The translations under genes and the position numbers were made by a program. Shown one piece after another: positions 52,387 through 64,000 of a DNA stretch of 64,000 nt (within the stretch, counting starts at the first letter, position 1; each line of letters opens with the position of its first letter). The stretch comes from Octopus sinensis (Eukaryota): positions 24,676,001 to 24,740,000 of the forward strand of contig NC_043005.1 of NCBI RefSeq assembly GCF_006345805.1, written 5' to 3'. The notes below the pieces were generated by a model that saw only the letters and a program-made list of their open reading frames with translations, was not told the origin of the DNA and ran no database searches.

Positions 52387-52625
52387 ATTTTCTCACTTTA
52401 CCGAACGTTAAACTAATACACCTGCTTGTTGTTTATACACCTGTCTTCCTCTTTCGTTTTTCTGTAAATTTCAACTATATATATATATATACATGGTTCC
52501 GGATTCAGTCCCACTACGTGGTACCTTGGGCAAGTGTCTTCTACTATAGCCTCGGGCCGACCAAAGCCTTGTGAGTGGATTTGGTAGACGGAAACTGAAA
52601 GAAGCTCGTCGTATATATGTATATA

Positions 52626-53075
52626 TCTCTTATTATAAAAGGCAGATTTTATCTGCCTCCCTTTGGGAGTTATACAAATCTACAATATAGGATTTCTTCA
52701 ATTACAATTTACCTAGCAGTTTTAAGAGTACAATGCATCGCGTCATGCCAGGTCCAGTTTTTAAAATTTAAACTCCAATTAAGCAAAATTTACAGAAAAC
52801 TCACATTCTGGTGTGTGTGTCAAATGCTTTTCTTAGTCTGGTTTACACCACACGCAAACGCACACACACAGTGTGCGACGAATGAAAGTAAATGTAAATT
52901 GTGTAATATTGTTTCTGTCTATCACGCTGATAGATACATGAGTAAAATGTATGGGAAGCTAACAGATAACAGTGAGTGAAAATGTTCTTGGAAGAGAGTT
53001 AAATTAGCGACAGTGATTGAGGAAGACTAAACTGAAAGTATGAAACAGTGTTTATGTATAAACAGACGACACTTA
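52626..53075 (+). mobile_element. Probable Helitron 5' portion
   Basis: A|TCTCTTATTATAAAAGGC start like other Helitrons here; no 3' CTAG terminus found. Confidence 0.35.
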
Positions 53076-53409
53076 TATAAACCCTTTCGTTACCAAAAAC
53101 CGCCCGAATTTCCTATTCATATTTAAATGAGAATATTAGAGTAAATCTCTTAGTACATTCGTGAAAAAACACGTATTATACTTCGTAAAACACTTCAAAT
53201 ACAGTTTTGTACAAAAATCGAAGTGTAATTTTAATTCCGTGAATTATGGGAGATTTTTTTCCGAAATTTGTTCCTATGTGTTTTCAAAATTTGTAATTCT
53301 GACAAAAGATGGATACGAATTCATTATATCAAGCAGCGAGTCAGAATTCGAGGATTTTCTACTGAAGACCTTCATAAATCTAACCACTATGACTGAAAAA
53401 AAAAAAAGA

Positions 53410-53798
53410 TCTTATATAAGAGTGAAGTTGTGTGTCTGTCCCCTTCGATTTACATTCGTAATTACTCCCACATTTTGCGGTTGCAGTTTAACCAAAAAAG
53501 GGGGTGTTAGTCGTATCATATCGAGCCCTTCTGGGTATTAGCGCGCGTCTACGATGAGTCTACGATTTAAAAAAAATTTACCATCATATTTTTCCATTTT
53601 AATGCATTTTTTTCGCTTTTATATAAGGGAAGTAACTCTCTAAAAATATCTACGATGTGTCAACGATTTAAAAAAAATTTACCTTAAATTTTTTTCAATT
53701 TTTAATGCATTTTTTTGCTATTTTTTGGCTATAACTCTCTAAAAATGCTTATATAGTTATTTCCCTTACAACTCGAGCAACGCCGGGCGATACTGCTA

Positions 53799-53799
<1 letters not shown>
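53410..53799 (+). mobile_element. Non-autonomous Helitron
   Basis: A|TC start; 3' CTCGAGCAACGCCGGGCGATACTGCTAG|T nearly identical to the 9219-9621 terminus. Confidence 0.8.
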
Positions 53800-53873
<74 letters not shown>

Positions 53874-54344
53874 GTTTGTGTGTCTGTGTTTGTCCCTCCT
53901 ACATCGCTTGACAACCGATGCGGGTGTGTTTACATCCCCGTAACTTAGCGGTTCGGCCGATAGAATAAGTACTAGGCTTACAAAGAATAAGTCCTGGAGT
54001 CGATTTGCTCGACTAAAGGCGGTGCTTCAAATGACTGAAACAAGTAAAAGAGTAAAAGAGAGTAAAGAGTGTATATATACATACGCACACATAATGTGTG
54101 TGTGTGCGCGCGCGTGTGTACGATGAACTCCTGTACTGTTTCCTTCAGGCAAACAATATGCCCAATATTTATGGTTGGCACCAAGTGGGCTGCGAAGTAG
54201 AATTGAACACAAAATCGACAATGAGACATCGTCATGAGACACAGTGGGTGGGAGGAGGTCTTGGGCACTTTTAGATCTGGCGAAACCCATTCCTATCTCA
54301 GTATGACTACTGCCGGTTTCTTTAAGAAAAGGAGAGTGACAAGA

Positions 54345-54379
<35 letters not shown>

Positions 54380-54847
54380 GGAGAAAGAGAAAGAGGGGAG
54401 AGAGAAGAGGAGGAACACACATAGACTTGTGTATATTTTCTATATAATGATACAGGAGCAGCAAAATACACACTTATCATATCCGCGTCGAAATATAAAT
54501 GTCAGCGCTAAAAAACAGAATCCCTTGTCATTCAGACACAGTAATGTATTCATACACTGTGATTGTTGTTGTTGTTGTTGTTGTCGTCGTCGCCGCCCGC
54601 GTCTTTATTGTTACGAATTGTCGTCACCAGACTCCTTCTACGCCAGGATGTTGGGAATATGCAGACATGTTTCCAACTGCCGTTAAAGGGCATGTCCCAC
54701 AGATTTTGCGATTTATTTGAAATATCGCACCAGCTGCCAGATTCAATTATGCGCACAAGCATGCACACACACACACACACGCACACACACACACACACAT
54801 ACAGACACAAATGTGAACATATAATACAGACATATAAATCTCTCACT

Positions 54848-54883
<36 letters not shown>

Positions 54884-55305
54884 GAGGGTTGATCAGTAAA
54901 TATCCGGACTGTTACCATAGTGAAGAATCTAAAGCACGAAGAGTGAAACCGTTTGGCACAGATTGACCTTGAACTCTTCTGTGTATGAGCGCTAAGTTTT
55001 AACGTTCTAGCTCACTTCTGCTGTTTACAGCAGTGCTTGGATTCGACAACTACCCCTCACGGCTGCACGCACATCTGTAATGCTTTTCTCAGTTCTGCTG
55101 GTTGAAGGTTTCCCAGAACTTTCGTCAATGTCGACATGTTTTATGCCATCTTGGAAGCGTTTGAACAACTCATAGACTTGTGTGCGACTCCTCTCCATAC
55201 ACTTTCTACAACCTTGCATAGGCTTCTGAGCAGGTATCGCCATAACAACTTTCTTTGTCATGGTCAATGCGACGATCATACTCTACACACCTTGCTTCCA
55301 AGCAT
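54884..55305. mobile_element. Rearranged mariner fragment
   Basis: TIR-like CGAGGGTTGATCAGTAAATATCCGGACTG on +; transposase HTH (RTQVYELFKRFQDG...SGKPSTSRTE) on -. Confidence 0.7.
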
Positions 55306-55605
55306 AGTGAAAGTAATTGAAATTAAAAGCATATAATAGTGAAATTATTATATCACATTACAATAGAGATGTTATTGTTTCACTTTTGACACGTAATATC
55401 GAAACACGATAAGAGATTACTGCGGGCTCGCATTAGGCAAGAAATTGAAACTTTGGGGCCCCATGACACTCCATGGACCCTAAGTAATGTATTTGTAAAA
55501 TTTGGATGAAATCAGTTGGGTAGTTCTCGAGTTTTAGTGATGCACACATACTGACACACAGACAGAGAGACAGACACACGCACGCACATTCTCAGTTTTA
55601 TAAAT

Positions 55606-55692
<87 letters not shown>

Positions 55693-55711
55693 TAGACAGA
55701 GAGAGAGAGAG

Positions 55712-55753
<42 letters not shown>

Positions 55754-56526
55754 CTAACTGAACGTATGTGTGTATACATGTATGTATATCTATATATCTA
55801 CACACACACATACACATACACGCACACACACACACATATACATACACACGTACCCTCACACACATACATACATACAAGTAGACAGACAGACAGGCAAACA
55901 GACAGACAAACAGAGGGAGAGGGTCAGATTTCCAAAAAAAAATGACCTATTTCAGTGGCCGACATTTGAAAGTAGTTAAGAGAGGTCGATGTAACAACAG
56001 AGGTTAGTCTACTAACAGAGGTTAGTAGACTAACTTACATCCAATAATGATTACTTTACACAGTTTTAAAACTGTAATTAACCACCTTTGCAACGGCTCA
56101 CTCGGGCGGTAGAATATCATCACTTCCGGTTAGATGCCTATCCACATTACTCACCGCTTTCACTCTTACATATCGCCGCCATCTTCACTTTGTCTCCACG
56201 CTTAAATTCTGCTTATTCTTGTTTTACCTCTCTTACCTTCCTCATTCTTTTGTCGTCGTCGTCGCTGCTGTCGTCGTAGAAGAAGAAGAAGAAGAAGAAG
56301 AAGAAGAAACTGGGTGTTAATGTGTAATTGCATGTCGGCCCAGATCACACAAAGCTGTGATCGAGAACCCTATCAACAAAATGTGTCCTTCCTTTATTTA
56401 AAACATTAAGATGTGATTTGAGTAAAATTTGGCTGTTATTTCTTACAGTTTGAGCGTTGGGTCGATGTTGTAGTCGCTAATGTTGCTGTGAATGTGTTGG
56501 AGTTATATGCCGTTGTTTGTTTGAGG

Positions 56527-57480
56527 GTTGCGAGCTGGCAGAATCGTTAGCACACCGGGCGAAATGCTTAGCAGTATTTCGTCTGCGTTACGTTGTGAGT
56601 TCAAATTCCGCCGAGGTCGACTTTGCCTTTCATCCTTTCGGGGTCGATAAATTAAGTACCAGTTACGCACTGGGGTCGATGTAATCGACTTAATACCTTT
56701 GTCTGTCCTTGTTTGTCCTCTCTGTGTTTAGCCCCTTGTGGGTAATGAAGAAATAGGTATTTCGTCTGCCGTTACGTTCTGAGTTCAAATTCCACCGAGG
56801 TCGACTTTGCCTTTCATCCTTTCGGAGTTGGTTAAATAAGTACCAGTTACGGACTGGGATCGATGTAATCGACTTAATTCCTTTGTCCGTCCTTGTTTGC
56901 CCCTTCTATGTTTAGACCGCTGTGGGCAATAAATAAATATATATGATATCGTTTGAGCAATTTTTGTCGATGTTGTTATGGCTACATTTTTCAGTATTTC
57001 TTTCCGCTCTTTTGGTTTTGAGTTCAAATCCTGCTGAAGTGAACTTTGCCTTTCATCCTTTCGGGGTTGATAAAATAAATTATCAGTTAAATCATGGGGT
57101 CGACTAACCTTCTCCCTCGAAACTGCTGGCCTTGCTGACGGAATCATCAGAGCATTGGGAAAATGCTTTGCGGTATTTCTTTCGGTTCTTTAGGTTGTGA
57201 GTTCAAATTCCGTCGAGGTCAAGTTTGCCTTTCATCATTTCGGAGTCGATAAAATAATTTTTCTTTCTACTATAGACATAAGGACTGAAATTTTAGATGG
57301 AGGGGGCTAGTCGATTACATCGACCTCCAGGGCTCAACTGTTACTTGTTTCATTGACTTCGAAAGGATGACATACAAAGTCGACCTCGGCAGAATTTGAA
57401 CTTAGAACGTGAAGACGGACGAAATGCTGATAAGCATTTCGTCCGGCGTGCTAACCATTCGGCCAGCTCGCTGCCTTAAG
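56527..57480. mobile_element. Cluster of SINE family C copies incl. a dimeric copy at ~56527-56935 (family also ~4690-5150, ~17540-17720, ~22125-22310, ~28620-28780)
   Basis: Repeated GAGTTCAAATTCCGCCGAGGTCGACTTTGCCTTTCATCC core. Confidence 0.88.
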
Positions 57481-58784
57481 AAAGACACAGGTTTTGGTTA
57501 TTTATTTGTTGATTGATTATTACAGTTTAGGGTGTCATTTTTGAGATCTGATGTTTATATGGTGGATAAATGAACACGTTTCGTCATATTTCACATCGGT
57601 AAAATTTGAGCTTAGATAAGCCGGCAGAAATACTGCTAGCATTTAGTCCGGCGTACTAACGATTCTGCTAGCTTGTCGCCGGTGGTATCCACTACCACCG
57701 TCCATCAAAACTGTTGGCCTTGTGTTCACCATTAGTGGATTTGTGAATGTCTGTGCTGCGCATTAACTCCCTCCCACCCTCAAATAGACATTACCTGTAC
57801 AGGTACCATACGTCAGATTTGGAAGTGATCGGAGATCAAAGTGGAATGAAATGTTTTGCTCAAGAACATAACGTGTTGCTCGGTTCTGTAATTGAAAATC
57901 ATGATCGAAAGATCATAAGTGCAAAATCCTAATCAAGAGGTCACACGCCTTCCGCGTAACAGGAGGAAGAAAGGTGAAGCAGACCCCGATGCGATTTGAA
58001 CTGGAAACGTAAAGGACACAGCCAAGTTGTTCCGCCTATTCCAAAGATTTCCAAGGAAGAATCAAGTCTTTTGTTCAGCTTTTTTTTCTTTTGATAAAAG
58101 GAGTTTCGTCATCAGGAAGCAAAACTGCACCAGTGGAGGAAATTTCGAAAAAAAAAATCTGGTGAAAATTATAAAAAATTCTGATGTTTGGAAAGAATTT
58201 CAAAAGATCCCGAAACGAAAATAAACAAAACATCTGGTCTTGTGCCAGCCAGTGTGAAAAATCCTCATTATTTATCGTAGGTGGTGGTCATGCCGTAATT
58301 CTAGTTCCTTCTTCGTCTCCTCATTTCCTGGCGCCACCACAATATTTGATGTGGAAGTTCAAAAGAAACGGCAGCCACATTCTACCGTTTAAGGTATCGG
58401 TAACTGCTAAGTAAACATCAAAGGAGAATATTTGCTCTCCTTCGTCTCGTCTCTTTGTCTGTGTGTTTCTGTATCTCCCCCCTCTCTTTCTCTCTCTCTC
58501 TCTCTCCCTTCGTACCTCGTATACGTACAATTTCTCCCACTTCCCATCTCACTAAAAAGTCAGGAATGTAAAATAAATAGGGAAAATATCTGAAACAAAT
58601 TGTGACAGATCTGCAGAAAATGTTGATTTGAAGCAGATATATTCATTATATGACGATTAAGGTATGTTGATTAGGCAATTAGTACATGTACAAGTGCCTT
58701 TTATTATTGTCTGCTAATGTTGTTGTTGCTTAGACCTGGATTACCCAAGCCAGCAGAATGTACGTAGAACTGCATTAGCCAATG

Positions 58785-59650
<866 letters not shown>

Positions 59651-60142
59651 AAGATTGTATGATGTGATGTGAGATTTAGTTGATATTAATTGCAGGTTGA
59701 GTTACCACGTAGAAGTTAACTGATTGAAGCGTTAATGCTTACGTGCGTGTGTGTGGGAGAGAGAGAGAGAGAGAGAGATAGAGACAGACAGACAGAGAGA
59801 TAGAGAAAGAGTGAGGGTGTTGTGTGCACGCGCGCACACACACAAGCTCAAATGGATAAGTCCTTAATGCGCACATCAATTTTTAGTTCTGTAGTTCAGT
59901 ACAATCCATTATCCGGAAAAGACCACATTCAGAAAAAAGGCCATCCGATTGACTGGCATAAATTCACTCACAGACGCACTCTGACCCCTGGGCCACAGGC
60001 GTGTTGTCTCCTCTCTTTTCCATATCTACTCATACAATAATAAACTTTATTTCTTGGGGCTGCCTGGGTCCATACCCACATCACCCAGGTATTCCTTTTC
60101 TTTTTTAATTGTCTCTCCTCTTACCGTCACCCATGTTATGCT

Positions 60143-60821
60143 CAGGCCGCGAATTTTTTTTTCCACGAGTGTTCCGGACCCCAGTAATGAACTCATTTGC
60201 ATACAGCCAATCAGAGCTCACCTTGAAAATTCACATACAGCACAGCCAGTCAGGCATAGAATGGCGTATGCCACCCTGTGAGTACAGCATAGTAGGTATC
60301 ACATAAGCACCACATCACCACCACCACCATCCTTATAGGTCAATTGAGTCCATCTCTATATGCAGCTAATATTAAGTACCTATGCTCAGACTAAGATTAG
60401 TGATACTGCATGTACCAATTGATATATGCAAGGAGGGCGCAATACGTCACAACGCTGTATTGATTACGATGTTCCCAGATCAACACCAACATTTTAAATT
60501 AGGAATGTACAAAATCAGTTAAAAAATTAGGAAACTACACTCATTTACATTTTCTAGTAAATTACGCAAATTGGCAACACTTATGGCATCATCGGTGACC
60601 AGCTCTTCATTCACTTTATACACTAAATTTCACATTTGTCACCTCTAATAACCCGTTTAGAACAGTTAACGTTTATTACGACGCACGTTTTCCACTAAAC
60701 TCAGCCAGCGTATTTTCGTGACAAGGTGGACACAAGTTGAGTTCTGATTGGCTGTATGCAAATGAGTTCATAACTGGGGTTCGGGACTCTCGTGGGGAAA
60801 AAATTTCGCGTCCGGGTCCTG
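60143..60821. mobile_element. Non-autonomous DNA element with about 75-bp inverted termini
   Basis: 60148-60220 is the reverse complement of 60736-60810; no clear TSD; flanks look like an interrupted LINE RT C-terminus (DLQRFKRNIHNINL at ~60915-60956). Confidence 0.75.
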
Positions 60822-61175
60822 CATTAATCTCTATATCTAATCGTTCCTTCCCACAACGTCATTCCTCTACTTTTCTCTCCCGCCTGCCTGCCATATCTTT
60901 CTCATCAAGTGTTGACTTGCAAAGGTTCAAGAGGAACATCCACAACATCAACCTCACTGCACGAAAGCACCTCCAAAGGCTATGGGCACCACCGCTTCCT
61001 CCAGACCCAACAAGTAAACAACAACAATAACAACAACAAACGGATGGAAAGAAGCAGAATACAATACGTAGCTACACAATAAGTGGAGATGAGGAAGAAA
61101 ACAACTACAGCGTTAGCTAAGAAAGAATACATCGAAAAGAGTGATTCACATAGAAAGTACATGCACTATGAAATA

Positions 61176-62375
61176 CTTATTTCTTTATTGCCAACAGGGG
61201 GCTAAACATAGAGGAGACAAATAAGGACAGACAAAGGGATTAAGACGATTACATTGACCCCAGTGCGTAACTGGTACTTATTTAATCGATCCCGAAAGGA
61301 TGAAAGGCAAAGTCGACCTCGGCGGAATTTGAACTCAGAACATAGCGGCAGGCGAAATACCTATTTCTTTACTACCCACAAGGGGATAAACACAGAAGGG
61401 ACAAACAAGGACAGACAAACGGATTAAGTCGATTATATCGACCCCAATGCGTAACTGGTACTTAATTTATCGACCCCGAAAAGATGAAAGGCAAAGTCGA
61501 CCTCGGCGGAATTTGAACTCAGAACGTAGCAGTAGACGAAATACCGCTAAGCATTTCGTCCGGCGCGCTAACGTGTCTGCCAGCTCGCCGCTATGCATTT
61601 CGCCCGGCGTGCTAACAATTCTGCCAGCTCGCCGTCTTTGTCTATTCGAAATATTGCAATATGCGCTGTTAAACAAAAAAATTTCCCGCCATAAAAATGC
61701 AGTTTTGATATTAAATAAGACATTTTTTTTTTTACTTCTTTTTAATAATAATCCTGTTTGAATTCAACTTTACAAATGGACATTTTGGAACAAAAGAATA
61801 TAGGCAGAACCAAAATCACAAGAGAGCAAATATTAACCGTTTATTGTCTGCCGCGCAGATATTCCCCACCAACCTGTCATTCAAGCGCTCCATCACCGCC
61901 AACCCCTGGTAAAGGCGTATCAACAGTGATATTAGCACTATCTATGTCGGCGAAGTTGGTAGAAACGTTAGCAAGCCAGTCGCAATGCTTAACGGTGTTC
62001 TAAGTTCAAATTCCGCCGAGGTCGACTTTGCCTTTCATCCTTTCAGGGTCGATAAAACAGGTACCAGATGCGTACTGGAGTCGATCTATTCGACTGGCCA
62101 TCCCTCCCCCAAAATTTCGGGCTATGTGCCTAGAGTAGAAAAAGATATTAACACTATCTATGGCGGCGGTGGTGGCAGAATCCTTAGCATGCCGGTTGCA
62201 ATGCGTAGTGGTGTTTCATCCGCCTCTGCGTTGTGACTTCAAATTCCGCCGAGGTCGACTTTACCTTTCATCCTTTCGGGGTCGATAAAACACGTACCAT
62301 TTAAGTACTGGGGTCGATGCAATCGACAATCCCTCCCTGGCCCAAACCTTCAAGCCTTGTGCTTATAATAAAAAG
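61176..62375. mobile_element. Cluster of SINE family C: dimeric copy on - (~61176-61595) and monomers on + (~61950-62375)
   Basis: Same core as the 56527 cluster. Confidence 0.88.
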
Positions 62376-62830
62376 ATATTAACAGTCTCTTCCAAAGTTT
62401 TTAGCAATGTTATGAAAAATGTGAGTGTTTACACTAGATTGGCAATAATCTCTCATTTTCGAATATTATTTTCTTTTTGAGATCAAATAACGGTTTACAA
62501 ATTAACTTGCGAAGTCCTTTTCAAGCATTCTAGTGAAAGAAACTTCACAGATATTTGAGCGTTGGATAGTACCAATATGGTTTTAATGGAAGAAAGTATT
62601 TATTATTCCTTTCATTTCTACGATATTTCGATCGCACAGATCTTATTAAAATAATACAGAACAACAATAGGTAGAAAGAACTAAGACAGACAAATATATA
62701 AAGCGCTAGTTATATGCATGGGTATATCAATTTCTTATTCTACGATATATACATATAGTGACTTTTCGTCATTGGAAAAAGTATATATATTTGCATTGAG
62801 AACCACCTCTCATCGCCAACCGGTAGTTAT

Positions 62831-62875
62831 CACATGCTGATGACGGGTCAACACCCAGAAACTCGGGTCCGTGTG
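62831..62875 (+). ncRNA. Minimal type-I hammerhead ribozyme candidate, homologue of 51856
   Basis: CACATG-CTGATGA-C-GGGT-CAAC-ACCC-A-GAAAC-TCGG-GTC|CGTGTG. Confidence 0.68.
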
Positions 62876-63019
62876 TATCACGTCAGGTTGGAGATGGGAA
62901 AGGTGACTTCCTTTTGCAAATACTGACAGCCAGCTGGAGGAGATGTCTTGCTAGGGCTACAAGCTACAGTACCATCGACCCTTAAGCGTTAGCCACATTT
63001 AGGTGGCTAATATACTTCA

Positions 63020-63054
<35 letters not shown>

Positions 63055-64000
63055 CTCGTTCTGGTCTAACGACCCCCCATGTTTGTTCTCGTTAGGTTTT
63101 CTTGTATGTCTCCACTGCCCTGTTTTTGTTTCCAACTTTGACCCTCCGTAAATCCCAAATTTTATTTTGGTACTTATGGGAGTAACTGTCTTCGAAGACT
63201 CATATTGTCGTTCAATGCTAGAAATGAGGAGTAGATAGGCAGCCGACAACTGATGAAGGGTCGTTCTTTGTGTTACTTGTCCTGTTTTCTATTTGTTTCT
63301 CTCGTGTGCGTATTGAACTCGTTTGTCTTCGTATTTCATGTTGTTTACTGTGAGTGATATCCTGTACCCATATAAGAATATGTATATAAATTATAATTAA
63401 GGTATTCATATAGCACAAGGTATAAATATATAAAGTGGTTTTAGAGTCAATGTTTAGCTGTTATCTCTAGCATACCCTTAATTATAATTTTAATAATAAT
63501 TAATACCTATAAGGTTTTTACTCCCATGCTGGCCACTTGATATGGTCAGTATTTTAAAAAACGATCTTATCTTTATATATATATATATATATATATCATC
63601 ATCATCATCGTGACCGACCAGGCTATCAGATGTTGCTACACATCGCTGACCACAATACGCTTCGCATTGTTTTAGCCTTCAAATGACGCCGCCTCGCTGG
63701 CTAAGCGAGCTGGCCAACAGAAGAAAGAGTGAGAAAAAGTTGTATCGAAAGAGTACAGCAGGGATCGCCACCACGCCCTGCCGGACACTCGTGGAGCTTT
63801 AGGTGTTTTCGCTCAATAAACACTCACAACGCCCGGTCTGGGAATCGAAACCGCGATCCTACGACCGCGAGTCCGCTGCCATAACCACTGGGCTATTGCG
63901 CCTCCACACAAACACACACACATATATATACACGCACACACACACACACACAAACAGAGAAGCATATTTGTATGTGTGTTCAGGAGTGGAGGGGAGACGA

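Noticed and set aside
58027-58530. Unique-looking region with short ORFs and a possible donor (TTTAAG|gtatcg)
   Set aside because: Could be a first exon or UTR of a gene outside the window, but nothing supports a product call.

Overview
AT-rich, microsatellite- and SINE-dense eukaryotic DNA. The repeat landscape suggests a cephalopod such as Octopus (inference, not verified). One complete protein-coding gene can be assembled by hand: a 12-exon CCM2/malcavernin homologue on the + strand (ATG 2237 to TGA 34269, 1215 nt, 404 aa, PTB domain plus C-terminal harmonin-homology domain). It has an obligatory GC-AG intron and an upstream ORF whose stop overlaps the start codon. The rest is repeats: degenerate mariner and Tc1 copies, a near-full-length decayed R4/Dong-clade retrotransposon lacking its endonuclease core, CR1- and Jockey-like LINE 3' ends, a gypsy integrase remnant, non-autonomous Helitrons, MITEs with target-site duplications (TSDs), several tRNA-derived SINE families and minisatellites. 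The most interesting signal is a set of small non-coding retroelements carrying self-cleaving ribozyme folds: (i) a 395-bp TSD-flanked RTE-derived element whose 5' end folds as an HDV-like double pseudoknot; (ii) minimal type-I hammerheads with palindromic helix III; (iii) a tRNA-headed SINE with a hammerhead-type core; (iv) a hammerhead-like variant lacking GAAA. All alignments and folds were done by eye; no database searches were run. No second protein-coding gene could be supported in 34.3-64 kb.
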